DNA of 58,893 bases from Patescibacteria group bacterium (GTDB lineage: Bacteria; Patescibacteriota; Minisyncoccia; Minisyncoccales; PEYH01). Numbering within the stretch: the stretch's first letter is position 1; every line of letters starts with the position of its first letter. The position numbers and the translations under genes were made by a program. The DNA lies in contig JAHITK010000005.1 in the NCBI GenBank assembly GCA_018817645.1, forward strand, positions 1-58,893, given 5' to 3'. The notes below the pieces were generated by a model. That model worked only from the letters and a program-made list of their open reading frames with translations. It was not told where the DNA came from and made no database searches. This document shows positions 1 to 8,963 of the stretch, one piece after another.

Positions 1-200
1 AGCTCAAATGTCAAATCAAGCTCAAAATCCAAAATCCAAATTAAAACCAAAAACTTTTAATTTTTGTACTGTAGTTTTGGCTTTTTGTTTTGGGTTTTGG
101 GGTTTGATTGGTCATTGGGATTTGATTTGACATTGGGATTTGCCTGCCCTGAACCTGTCGAAGGGATTTGACATTTGGATTTTGACATTGGGATTTTAAT
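1..200 (+). repeat. Composite element A, copy 1: 7-bp periodic arms (CAAAATC/GATTTG type) with an embedded CCTGCCCTGAACCTGTCGAAGGG unit; truncated by window start
   Basis: 1-42 matches the reverse complement of about 56058-56100 (1 mismatch); about 125-198 closely matches the reverse complement of 55961-56040. Confidence 0.85.
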
Positions 201-204
201 TATT

Positions 205-1314
205 ATGGCCGAAGATTACTACAAAATTTTAGGAGTGGAGAAGAGCGCTTCACCGGAAGAAATTAAAAAGGCCTATCGCCGTTTAGCGCACCAGCATCAT
301 CCTGACAAAGGAGGAGACGATAAGAAATTTCACAAGATTAGTGAAGCGTATGAGATTTTGTCAGACAAGGAGAAAAGACAGCAATATGACCAATTTGGCT
401 CCACTTTTGACAATATGGCCGGAGGCCAAAGCGGTTTTGGCGGATTTTCCAATTTTGACTTTAATTCCTTTTGGGAGCAGGCGCAGCAGCAGGGAGGCAC
501 TGCCGGTTTCGGCTTTGAAAATTTGGGTGATATTTTTGATGAATTTTTCGGCGGAAGGAGAACTAAAAAACAGGACCTTAAAAGAGGAGACGATATTCAG
601 ATAGATATGGAGATTGATTTAGAAGACACTCTTTCATCTGTGAAAAAAGAATTCAATCTTTATAAAAATGAGGTCTGCGGGCGTTGTGGGGGAACCGGAG
701 CCGAACCCGGGAGCAAATTAAAAGAATGCCAAACCTGCCGCGGGGTTGGACAAGTTCAGGAGATGAAGAGAACAATTTTCGGCACGATTACCCATTACAC
801 TATCTGCCCCGCTTGCCAAGGAGAAGGCAGTATTCCGGAAAAGGCCTGTAATGTCTGCAAGGGTGACGGCCGGATAAAGAAAGAGGAGACAATAGAAGCA
901 GTCATCCCGGGTGGAGTGGATTCCGGGCAAGTGTTGAAATTTAAAGGAAAAGGAGAGGCCGGTCGGCGAGGCGGAGCGCCCGGCGATTTATATGTAAGAA
1001 TTTTTGTAAGGCGGCATAAAGTGTTTGACCGCAAAGGGGATGATTTATTTGCCGAAATTCCCGCTCAGTTCTCTCAAATAGCGTTAGGGGACGAGATTCC
1101 AGTGCCGGTTTTGGAAAAAGGGAAGAAGATGTTTCTTAAGATTCCCGTTGGCACCGAGCCCGGAAAAGTATTCAGAATCAGTGGCAAAGGAATACCGAGA
1201 TTTTCCGGTTATGGGAGAGGAGATTTGTATGTTAAGATACGGGTGAATACGCCGAAAAAATTGACCAGAAAACAGAAAGAATTGTTGAATAAACTGAAAG
1301 AGGAAGGGATTTGA
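205..1314 (+). CDS. dnaJ: Chaperone DnaJ
   Basis: J domain with HPD, G/F-rich linker, four CxxCxGxG repeats. ATG 205 preferred because the ORF-track extension MDFDIG is repeat A. Confidence 0.97.
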   Translation: MAEDYYKILGVEKSASPEEIKKAYRRLAHQHHPDKGGDDKKFHKISEAYEILSDKEKRQQYDQFGSTFDNMAGGQSGFGGFSNFDFNSFWEQAQQQGGTAGFGFENLGDIFDEFFGGRRTKKQDLKRGDDIQIDMEIDLEDTLSSVKKEFNLYKNEVCGRCGGTGAEPGSKLKECQTCRGVGQVQEMKRTIFGTITHYTICPACQGEGSIPEKACNVCKGDGRIKKEETIEAVIPGGVDSGQVLKFKGKGEAGRRGGAPGDLYVRIFVRRHKVFDRKGDDLFAEIPAQFSQIALGDEIPVPVLEKGKKMFLKIPVGTEPGKVFRISGKGIPRFSGYGRGDLYVKIRVNTPKKLTRKQKELLNKLKEEGI

Positions 1315-1344
1315 GGAAATTTTCAATTTACAATTTTTAATTTT

Positions 1345-1379
1345 CCCGCCGCAACCCGCCCCGGGCGGGCAAAGGCGGG
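1345..1379. repeat. Nested GC-rich palindrome CCCGCC-gcaa-CCCGCC-ccg-GGCGGG-caaa-GGCGGG
   Basis: Read directly; flanked by T-rich periodic tracts. Confidence 0.7.
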
Positions 1380-1446
1380 CAAGCAGATTTTTCATTTTTA
1401 GTTTTTTATTTTAATCTTTACATTTTTCGTTTTACGTTTTCATCGG

Positions 1447-1521
1447 GCCCCGCTAACTCAATGGTAGAGTAGTTGCCTTTTAAGCAAAAAGTTGGAGGTT
1501 CGAGTCCTCCGCGGGGCACCA
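1447..1521 (+). tRNA. tRNA-Lys(UUU)
   Basis: Acceptor GCCCCGC/GCGGGGC plus ACCA, D arm ACTC/GAGT, anticodon loop CT-TTT-AA, T arm GGAGG-TTCGAGT-CCTCC. Confidence 0.95.
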
Positions 1522-1603
1522 AATTAAAATTGTCTGATTTACGAAATTAGACAGGAAACAGACAGGTTATTCGGAAAGCACGTTTACAAAAAAGGGGGTT
1601 ATT

Positions 1604-2140
1604 ATGCCGAAAAAAGCAGTAGTACCTGTGCCGAAAACCTTGGGAGAGGCAGCTCAGTTTTTAGCTCGGATAGGGAGAGAACAGCGCGCCATTGATTGGA
1701 TTCAATCTAATCTCAACACAAAGGTAGAAGAGCTGAAGGCCAAAGCAATGGCTGACGCTAAACCGCATCAAGAGAGAATCTCTGAGCTGATGGAAGGGCT
1801 TTTCGCTTACGGAGAGGCCCACCGCGACGAACTGACAGACAGCGGCAGACGCAAAACAGTAGAAGTTCCCACTGGTATCTTCGGGTGGCGCATGACCCCG
1901 CCGGCTGTGTCGCTTCGCAACGTTCGGTCAATTCTGGAATATCTTGAGTCGCTCGGATTAAGGCGCTTTATTAGAATTAAGAAAGAGGTAAACAAGGAAG
2001 CGCTGTTGAAGGAGCCAGAGGTGGCTGGGACGATTAAGGGCGTGCGCATTAGTCAGCGCGAGGAATTTGTCGCCAAGCCGGCAGAGTTGGAAGTAGAAGT
2101 AGTAACTCCAGTCGGCAGACGCAAGAAGGCCTCGTCCTGA
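1604..2140 (+). CDS. gam: Mu Gam-like DNA-end-binding protein (host-nuclease inhibitor family)
   Basis: Coiled-coil N-terminus, then KTVEVPTGIFGWRMTPP and FIRIKKEVNKEAL motifs typical of the Gam family. Confidence 0.85.
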   Translation: MPKKAVVPVPKTLGEAAQFLARIGREQRAIDWIQSNLNTKVEELKAKAMADAKPHQERISELMEGLFAYGEAHRDELTDSGRRKTVEVPTGIFGWRMTPPAVSLRNVRSILEYLESLGLRRFIRIKKEVNKEALLKEPEVAGTIKGVRISQREEFVAKPAELEVEVVTPVGRRKKASS

Positions 2141-2264
2141 AGAGTCGCTATCCATCCGGTTATAATCAAAGAGCCGAGCATCTCTCTAAACTGCTTTTTT
2201 CTTTTTTAATCTAATCTAATTTAATTAGGGCGGGTAGCACTTCGGGTAGGCGGGGCTCGATTTA

Positions 2265-2293
2265 TTGACTTTTGAGGAGAAAAATAGTAGAGT
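2265..2293 (+). promoter_or_regulatory. sigma70-like promoter TTGACT-N17-TAGAGT
   Basis: Consensus match upstream of orphan ORF. Confidence 0.45.
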
Positions 2294-2363
2294 GAGACCA
2301 GTTGTTTGTCATTATAATAAGGGAAGAGGTCGCTTTAGTGAAGGAATTCAAAGAGGAGTGAAG

Positions 2364-2906
2364 ATGATTAGAGGAGAGATTAGGATGGTATTTGAAGCGC
2401 TTAGAGAACAAAACTGGCAAAGACCAAATCGGGTTTTTGATCCGGGAATGTTTCAGCAGGGGCAGGAAACTAACGGAGGCGTGAGTTTGACTTCAGGATT
2501 GAAAGAGCGGAATGGAAATCATCGGAAGAATAGCGAGAATAGCGCGATAAGGATTAAGGGGCAACACAAAAGAGGCAAGATGACAAAAGAGATGAAAAAA
2601 AGGGTTTCCGCTCTGCATAGCTATCTTTTAATCAATTCTTCGCAATGTCCCGGCCAAACTGATATTGTTTTGGTTAGAGCCCCCTTTGCTCTTGCCAGAA
2701 GACGGTTGAAGGAACTTGGCCTGTTCCCGGGTCACGAAAAGTCAAGGGGTAGCCAAGATATGGGGGGGCTAATCAGAGGTTTTCCTGGAGATCTTCGGCA
2801 ATTAAGCAAAGAAGATGTCAGTAAGTTAGGGCTTGAGCCATGCGGGGGCACTGGAAAAGTGTATCTGTTGGCAAAGGTTCTTGATTTCGACGCAGCAAGA
2901 AGTTGA
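2364..2906 (+). CDS. Orphan hypothetical protein (alternative start 2580)
   Basis: Open frame with SD AGAGGAG before ATG 2364; no recognisable motif. Confidence 0.45.
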   Translation: MIRGEIRMVFEALREQNWQRPNRVFDPGMFQQGQETNGGVSLTSGLKERNGNHRKNSENSAIRIKGQHKRGKMTKEMKKRVSALHSYLLINSSQCPGQTDIVLVRAPFALARRRLKELGLFPGHEKSRGSQDMGGLIRGFPGDLRQLSKEDVSKLGLEPCGGTGKVYLLAKVLDFDAARS

Positions 2907-3002
2907 AAATAGAGGAAGAGGGGAGAGGCGATTGATGGTCTGTCCCCTTTATTGTTTTTAAGGTCGGAAAAGGGTATAATTAGGACAATTTAACCAAAAG
3001 AT

Positions 3003-4046
3003 ATGCGTAGAGGATTTTGGCTTCTGATATTTTTTATCCTGGGAGCGGTTCTCTTTTATTTCACGCTCCGAGGAGTGGGAATTGAAGGCGTGGTTTCTAT
3101 TTTGTCTATGATTAAGAGCTGGCAGGCGCTTTTAACATTTTTGGTTTTATTTCTTAGTGTCGTTATTATCGGCGGCTACAAATGGTGGTTGATAGTCGGT
3201 TTGAATAAGAAAGAGAAAGTAAAATTATCCAGGATAATGATTGCCAAACTTATCGGTTACAGCATAAGTTATGTGACCCCTTCTTCTTTGGTTGGCGGAG
3301 AGCCGGCAAAAGTCCTTTATTTAAAACAGGAAACGAAACTTTCCGCAAGCAGGATTATAAGTTCCATTATATTGGACGAGTTAATGTTGTTTTTCTTTAT
3401 AATCATGATATTTTTTATGGGTGTCTTTTTCCTGCTGATTTATCTGCATTTATCCTGGCTGGCGGAAATTATCGGATTAGGATTAATCGCCGGAGCAATA
3501 TCAATTTGTCTGTTGATAGTGCGCAAGGCGAGGAAAGTGGCATTAGAAAAGGGTTTCCTTAGAACAGTCGCCGAACGGCTTTTTTTGAATAAGCTTAAAA
3601 TAATAAAGCAGAATATGGGAGCGCTGGATGAGATAGAAAGCGATATTAAAAATTTCTTCCGCAGACCGAAAAAAGAACTGATGAAAATTTTTGTAGTGGC
3701 CGTAATGGAGCTTTCATCCCTTTTATTGACCGCCTGGCTGATTTTGGCATTTTTAGGAATCCGGCTTGATATTACCCGGCTGTTCGTGGTAAGAAGTATG
3801 ACAGATGTTTCAGGATTTTTCCCCCTGCCGGCCTCATTGGGAACATTAGAGATTTCGCAAGCGTTTGTTCTGGGCAGTTTCGGAATGAGTTCAGCGGCTG
3901 GCGTGGCATTCAGCTTGATCTGGAGGGGCCTGAATCTTGTCATCGCGGCTTGCGGATTGATAGTGTTTATGTTTATACAATTTAAATTTTTAGGGAAAAA
4001 AATTATTGCCTTAGTGGAGATATTAACGGAGAAAGTGGAAAAATGA
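3003..4046 (+). CDS. UPF0104 / lysylphosphatidylglycerol-synthase TM (flippase-like) membrane protein
   Basis: Multi-TM; YVTPSSLVGGEPAK and PLPASLGTLE motifs. Confidence 0.8.
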   Translation: MRRGFWLLIFFILGAVLFYFTLRGVGIEGVVSILSMIKSWQALLTFLVLFLSVVIIGGYKWWLIVGLNKKEKVKLSRIMIAKLIGYSISYVTPSSLVGGEPAKVLYLKQETKLSASRIISSIILDELMLFFFIIMIFFMGVFFLLIYLHLSWLAEIIGLGLIAGAISICLLIVRKARKVALEKGFLRTVAERLFLNKLKIIKQNMGALDEIESDIKNFFRRPKKELMKIFVVAVMELSSLLLTAWLILAFLGIRLDITRLFVVRSMTDVSGFFPLPASLGTLEISQAFVLGSFGMSSAAGVAFSLIWRGLNLVIAACGLIVFMFIQFKFLGKKIIALVEILTEKVEK

Positions 4047-5224
4047 AAAAAACATTTATTTTAAAAATTTTATTTCCCATAATTTTGATTATTATCGGAA
4101 TTTTCGTTTTTAGCTTTGGCTATCGCTATGGCTATGACCAGATTCCGCAGCCGCCCGAAGGTCTGCCGGCTGGCGTCGATTTTACTTTATTATGGGATGT
4201 ATGGCATAAGCTTGAAGAGAAATATTCGGGCGAGTTGGATTATCAGAAAATGATTTACGGCGCCGCCGAGGGGTTGGTAAGCGGTTTGGGAGACCCCTAT
4301 ACGGTATTTTTCAATCCGGAGGACAGCCAGATTTTTAAAGACGATATTTCCGGCTCTTTTGAAGGGGTGGGAATGGAAATAGGAATCAGAAAAGGGGAGT
4401 TAACAGTAGTGGCTCCGCTGGAAGGCACGCCTGCCCAGAAAGCCGGGCTTTTATCAGGCGATATTATTGTTAAAATAGGCGATACTTTTTCCCGCGACAT
4501 TACCGCAGACGAAGCAGTCAAGCTTATTCGCGGACCGCAGGGAACAGCCGTCAATCTTACCATTTACCGCGAGGGATGGAGCGACAGCAAAGTGTTTGAA
4601 ATCGTCAGAGGGGTGATAAAAATTCCTAATGTCCAATGGGAGATAATTGGTAAGGATATAGCGAAAATAAGGGTTTATCAATTTTCAAGCGGTCTTGATT
4701 CGGATTTTTCCAAGATGGTCCCTGAAATTTTGAAGTCGCCGGCCAAGAAGATTATTTTGGATTTGCGCAACAATCCGGGAGGCCTTTTATACGAAGCCCA
4801 ACTGATGGCCGGCTGGTTTTTGAAAAAAGGCGAATTAGTCACCATTGAGAGTTTTGGCGAGGGTAAAGAAGAGAGGGAATATCGGACAACAGGAAAGGAA
4901 TCTCTGCTCAATTATCCGATTGTCGTTCTGATAAACCAAGGGACAGCGTCCGGAGCGGAAATTTTAGCGGCTGCCTTGCGCGACAACCGAAATGATGTAA
5001 AATTAGTAGGAGAGAAGTCGTTCGGCAAGGGCTCGGTCCAAGAGCCGGTAGACCTGCGGGGGGGCTCGCTTCTGAAAGTCACGGTGGCTCATTGGCTTAC
5101 GCCTAATCGGGATATGATTAATGAGCTGGGGCTTACGCCGAATGTGGAGGTTAAAATAACAGAGGAGGATTATAATAATGACCGGGATCCCCAATTAGAC
5201 AAAGCCATAGAATTATTGAAATAA
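4043..5224 (+). CDS. C-terminal processing protease, S41A family
   Basis: PDZ domain, DLRNNPGG, TASGAEI, SFGKGSVQ. Confidence 0.95.
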   Translation: MKKTFILKILFPIILIIIGIFVFSFGYRYGYDQIPQPPEGLPAGVDFTLLWDVWHKLEEKYSGELDYQKMIYGAAEGLVSGLGDPYTVFFNPEDSQIFKDDISGSFEGVGMEIGIRKGELTVVAPLEGTPAQKAGLLSGDIIVKIGDTFSRDITADEAVKLIRGPQGTAVNLTIYREGWSDSKVFEIVRGVIKIPNVQWEIIGKDIAKIRVYQFSSGLDSDFSKMVPEILKSPAKKIILDLRNNPGGLLYEAQLMAGWFLKKGELVTIESFGEGKEEREYRTTGKESLLNYPIVVLINQGTASGAEILAAALRDNRNDVKLVGEKSFGKGSVQEPVDLRGGSLLKVTVAHWLTPNRDMINELGLTPNVEVKITEEDYNNDRDPQLDKAIELLK

Positions 5225-5227
5225 TTA

Positions 5228-5340
5228 AAAGAACCTGCTCGCTTCGCTCCTGCCCGCATTGCTACGCCAGCCCGCAGTAGATACAGCGTTTCTGGCGGGC
5301 AAAGCGTTGCAGGCGGGCGCAGAACCTTGATTCGCTAAGG
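5228..5340 (+). repeat. GC-rich element B, copy 1 (113 bp, nested palindromes)
   Basis: Identical to reverse complement of 58664-58777 except for one 1-nt indel. Confidence 0.95.
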
Positions 5341-5354
5341 TATAAATATATATT
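5327..5354 (+). promoter_or_regulatory. Putative rplI promoter TTGATT-N16-TATATT; the -35 lies within element B
   Basis: Same geometry is reproduced at copy 2. Confidence 0.5.
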
Positions 5355-5361
5355 TTGAATT

Positions 5362-5829
5362 ATGAAGGTAATCCTTTTAAAAGACATCGATAATTTGGGA
5401 AAGAAATACGAGGTAAAGTCCATTAAAAATGGTTATGCCAGGAATTTTTTGATTCCCAATGGTTTGGCAAAACCGGCGACCGCGTCGGCCATGGCCGAAC
5501 TTAAGGAAATTAAAGAGAGAGAGGAGAAGACGGCTGAAGAGCATTTGATTGAAACGCAGAAAATTGCTTCAAAGCTTGACGGTCAGGAAATTGAGTTTTT
5601 AGTCAAAACCGGGGTGGACGAACAATTGTTTGAATCAATCACTTCCCTGAAAATCTCTAAAAAATTAGGAGAGATGGGATTTGAAATAAAAAAAGACCAG
5701 GTTATCCTGGAAAAGCCGATAAAAGAATTAGGGGAGTTTCCGGTGAAAATAATCCTTGACCACCATTTGGAGGCCAAGATTACTCTTATTGTTGAATCAG
5801 AAGCGCCAAGCGAACCAGTTGGAGAATAG
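5362..5829 (+). CDS. rplI: 50S ribosomal protein L9
   Basis: MKVILLKD...GYARNFLIP signature. Confidence 0.97.
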   Translation: MKVILLKDIDNLGKKYEVKSIKNGYARNFLIPNGLAKPATASAMAELKEIKEREEKTAEEHLIETQKIASKLDGQEIEFLVKTGVDEQLFESITSLKISKKLGEMGFEIKKDQVILEKPIKELGEFPVKIILDHHLEAKITLIVESEAPSEPVGE

Positions 5830-5832
5830 CTA

Positions 5833-6105
5833 CTATTCCACGGACACTATTTTTGCTCTTCTTTGGGTCCCGTTGAATCTTTTTATGCGTTTGGTTGAAA
5901 ATTTGACCAAACCTTCTTTGTTTGCGTAGAGAGTATCGTCTTTCCCTTTTTTCACATTTTTACCAGGCACGTATTTGGTTCCTCTTTGTCGCACAATAAT
6001 CATTCCCGCTTTGATTTTTTGGCCAGCGTTAACCTTGACCCCGAGATATTTGGGTCTTGAATCTCTCCCTAAACTTGTTGAGCCAGAAGATTTTGTTTTG
6101 GACAT
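5833..6105 (-). CDS. rpmA: 50S ribosomal protein L27
   Basis: [20 protein letters not shown]. Confidence 0.97.
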   Translation of the reverse strand: MSKTKSSGSTSLGRDSRPKYLGVKVNAGQKIKAGMIIVRQRGTKYVPGKNVKKGKDDTLYANKEGLVKFSTKRIKRFNGTQRRAKIVSVE

Positions 6106-6123
6106 ATTAGAATGTGTTAGCGA

Positions 6124-6145
6124 GCCAGCGCATTTATGCGCTGGC
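6124..6145. repeat. Palindrome GCCAGCGCAT-TT-ATGCGCTGGC
   Basis: Perfect 10-bp arms, about 18 bp upstream of rpmA start. Confidence 0.7.
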
Positions 6146-6164
6146 GAGCGTTACAGATTCTTAT

Positions 6165-6262
6165 ACCCCGCCCCTTCTACCTCTCGGACATATCCAGTAT
6201 CAATAATCTTTTTAATGAAGAGGATGTATGTGATAATTTCCGAAATCTAGAAGGGGCGGGGT
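6165..6262. repeat. 15-bp perfect inverted repeat ACCCCGCCCCTTCTA with a 68-bp partly self-complementary spacer
   Basis: Arms at 6165-6179 and 6248-6262. Confidence 0.85.
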
Positions 6263-6306
6263 CAAGAGTTTCTAAATTCAGGATTTGCCCTCATTAAGAA
6301 ACTACT

Positions 6307-6456
6307 ATGATGCTATCAAGAATTATTAAATTAGTCAATAAAAATAAAGAGATTATTCTTTTGGCTTTGATAGTATTTCTGGCCAGTTTGTTTGTTTTTT
6401 CTCTGGTCTGGATTTTATTAGAACTCGGGCAAACTAAGCCGATTGAAATATATTAA
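6307..6456 (+). CDS. Small single-TM protein (49 aa, below ORF-track cutoff)
   Basis: Manual translation MMLSRIIKLVNKNKEIILLALIVFLASLFVFSLVWILLELGQTKPIEIY. Confidence 0.6.
   Translation: MMLSRIIKLVNKNKEIILLALIVFLASLFVFSLVWILLELGQTKPIEIY
6310..6338 (-). promoter_or_regulatory. Putative rpmA promoter TTGACT-N17-TAGCAT
   Basis: Consensus spacing. Confidence 0.5.
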
Positions 6457-6474
6457 ATCGCTTGATTTTAAAAT

Positions 6475-6650
6475 AGAACATGGGCGCCTCACTGTTCCGG
6501 AGTATGTCCGGAAGAAGTTGAAGGCGCCCAGGCCTGTGGTCGAGTCAGTCGGCGAACGGGCGGTTTAGGAGGCCACCGCGGGAGGAGCTTGCGCTCCAGT
6601 CAATTCTGCCGCTTTTTGTCGAACGCCGCATCGTCGCTGTCGCAGGTTAT
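6475..6650 (-). ncRNA. Candidate structured RNA
   Basis: GC-rich island after promoter CTGACA-N17-(TGg)TAATAT at 6683-6655; hairpins GGAGC-GCAA-GCUCC, GCGGU/ACCGC, GGGCGCC/GGCGCCC enclosing UUCCGGA/UCCGGAA. Confidence 0.35.
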
Positions 6651-6739
6651 TATCATATTACCATATCAGATATTATGTGTCAGGGGAAGAGCGCATTTTG
6701 GTTGATAAAAAGGCCTAAATATGCGAGAATCTAATTAAT

Positions 6740-8002
6740 ATGGATGATTTGTTTGATAAAAATTTAGAGGACACCTTAAAGAAGGAAGCCCCTTTGGCAG
6801 ACCGAATCAGGCCGGAAGATTTTGATTATTTTTTCGGTCAGGAAGAATTGGTGGGAGAGAACAGCCCCTTGCGCCGGGCCATTCAAAACGACAATCTTAC
6901 TTCTTTGATATTCTGGGGACCGCCGGGTTCAGGCAAGACAACTTTAGCAAGAATAATCGCCCACAAGACCAAAGCGCATTTTGTAAAATTTTCCGCGGTG
7001 GCGGCCGGGATAAACGATGTCCGGAAGGCGATTGAAAAAGCCAGAGAAAGGTTAAAATTCAAAAAACAAAGAACCATTCTTTTTATTGACGAGATTCATC
7101 GGTTCAACAAGGCCCAGCAAGACGCGTTTCTGCCGTATGTGGAAGACGGCACCGTGATTTTAATCGGCGCTACCACCGAGAATCCTTCTTTTGAAGTTAT
7201 TTCTCCGCTCTTGTCCCGTTCCGCGGTCTATATTCTCAAACCCTTATCCCGAGAGGCGCTGAAGAGCATTTTATTGCAAGCCCTGAAGGATAAAGAAAAG
7301 GGATTAGGCAATTTGGGCATAAGGATTGAGGAAAAGGCGTTGGAGCGGTTGATTAATTTTGCTGACGGGGACGCAAGAGTCGGGCTGAATGGCTTGGAGT
7401 TTGTGGTTAATCACTTGAAAGCGGAAAACAAAAAGACGATCAAAGCAGACGAGGTTTCAGCGATTTTAAAAGAACATGCCCTGCGTTATGACAAAAAAGG
7501 AGAAGAGCATTACAATGTCATTTCCGCGTTTATAAAAAGCATGAGAGATTCCGACCCCAATGGCGCGCTTTATTGGCTGGCGCGGATGATTGAATCCGGC
7601 GAGGACCCGAGATTTATCGCCCGGCGGATGGTGATTTTTGCCTCTGAAGACATTAGCAACGCTGACCCGAGGGCAATACAGGTGGCGACTGCCATTGCCC
7701 ACGCGGTAGAATATGTTGGACTGCCCGAGGCCCAAATTAATTTAGCCCACGGAGTGACTTATCTTGCCACCGCGCCCAAAAGCAATGCATCGTATGCCGC
7801 TTTATTGGAGGCGAAAGAAGACGCTAAAAAAGGGGCTTTTGGCGTGCCATTGCATTTGCGGAATGCGGTTACTAATTTGATGAAAAAAATCGGCTACGGC
7901 AAGGGCTATCAATATGCCCATGATGTGCCGGGCAAAAAGCCGGTCCAAACCCATTTCCCCAAAGAAATAGGAGAAAAGAAATACTATCACCCCGAGAAAT
8001 AG
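6740..8002 (+). CDS. rarA: Replication-associated recombination protein A (AAA+)
   Basis: [30 protein letters not shown]. Confidence 0.96.
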   Translation: MDDLFDKNLEDTLKKEAPLADRIRPEDFDYFFGQEELVGENSPLRRAIQNDNLTSLIFWGPPGSGKTTLARIIAHKTKAHFVKFSAVAAGINDVRKAIEKARERLKFKKQRTILFIDEIHRFNKAQQDAFLPYVEDGTVILIGATTENPSFEVISPLLSRSAVYILKPLSREALKSILLQALKDKEKGLGNLGIRIEEKALERLINFADGDARVGLNGLEFVVNHLKAENKKTIKADEVSAILKEHALRYDKKGEEHYNVISAFIKSMRDSDPNGALYWLARMIESGEDPRFIARRMVIFASEDISNADPRAIQVATAIAHAVEYVGLPEAQINLAHGVTYLATAPKSNASYAALLEAKEDAKKGAFGVPLHLRNAVTNLMKKIGYGKGYQYAHDVPGKKPVQTHFPKEIGEKKYYHPEK

Positions 8003-8070
8003 CATTCTTTTTTCTAAGATGATAGAATATAACAAAGGTCAAAAGATAATTAATAAACTACATCAAAAAA

Positions 8071-8520
8071 ATGATAAATAAATTATTGGAAAATCGTTTG
8101 TTTATGTTATTCATTGTTTTGATATTGTTGGCAGCGGTAATTTATATCGCCATTGATTTCATTTACTGGCCCCAAAAGACAAGTTCTCCCACAAGCAGTG
8201 AGGACTATATTTTCACCGAGGCAGACGAGGGCGCTGTTCAGTTCCCGGTTGGACAAGAGTTCGTGGTGTTGCTTGAAGCAAATGCGACCACCGGTTTTCA
8301 GTGGGCGCTTCAGCTTGATTCCAATTATATTGATTTTAAAGGGAAAGAATATATTACTGATGAAGCGCCAGAAGAGATGGTTGGGGTTGGCGGTCATGAA
8401 AAGTTCACATTTACCGCAATAGCCCCGGGCCAGACAGAAATAATTTTTGCTTATGCTCGGCCGTGGGAAAGCGTAGAGCCGGAAAAGGTTATCACCTACG
8501 ACATTACCATAACTGAATAA
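8071..8520 (+). CDS. Membrane-anchored chagasin-like protease inhibitor I42
   Basis: N-terminal TM; ANATTGFQW, VGVGG, YARPWE. Confidence 0.85.
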   Translation: MINKLLENRLFMLFIVLILLAAVIYIAIDFIYWPQKTSSPTSSEDYIFTEADEGAVQFPVGQEFVVLLEANATTGFQWALQLDSNYIDFKGKEYITDEAPEEMVGVGGHEKFTFTAIAPGQTEIIFAYARPWESVEPEKVITYDITITE

Positions 8521-8535
8521 TTGTTTAATTCCACT

Positions 8536-8898
8536 ATGATAGAGGAATACCGTTTTGGGAAAATAATAATTGACGGCGGGGAGTATAATTATGATGTGGA
8601 AGTTGATTGGGAGGGAGAGGTTTTGGAATGGACGAGAAAGAGCAGTCATATTATAGACCGGGAAGACATAGAGCGGGCGCTAGAAAAAGAGCCGGAGATA
8701 ATTGTCATCGGCACCGGTGAATCAGGAGTGGCGCAGGTGACAGAGGATGCGAAACAGGCATGCCGAGAACAAGGGGTGAAATTAATAGCAGACATCACCG
8801 AGGAAGCGGTAAAAACATTTAATGTAATCTGTGCAGAGTCATTGGAAGAAGAGGGAGAGCAGGCGGAAGTCATCGGACTTTTCCATCTGACTTGTTAA
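8536..8898 (+). CDS. Mth938-like domain protein
   Basis: PEIIVIGTG and C-terminal FHLTC. Confidence 0.85.
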   Translation: MIEEYRFGKIIIDGGEYNYDVEVDWEGEVLEWTRKSSHIIDREDIERALEKEPEIIVIGTGESGVAQVTEDAKQACREQGVKLIADITEEAVKTFNVICAESLEEEGEQAEVIGLFHLTC

Positions 8899-8900
8899 TT

Positions 8901-8924
8901 AAATAATTAAATAATTAAATAATT
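8901..8924. repeat. AAATAATT x3
   Basis: Direct reading. Confidence 0.8.
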
Positions 8925-8963
8925 TTTAACATGGGAGAAATTAATATAATATAAGAAACAAAA

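Noticed and set aside
175-204. N-terminal extensions of dnaJ, the EndoQ-like gene (55960-55986) and ppsA (41914-41931)
   Set aside because: They translate repeat tracts; family-typical starts lie just downstream
1447-2906. Prophage or island integrated at tRNA-Lys
   Set aside because: No integrase nearby and I saw no duplicated tRNA 3' end; only gam is phage-like
6500-6530. SRP RNA (GUCCGGAAG)
   Set aside because: Lacks the UCC-GGAA-GGA-AGCAG helix-8 pattern; the CCGGA pairs with an upstream arm instead
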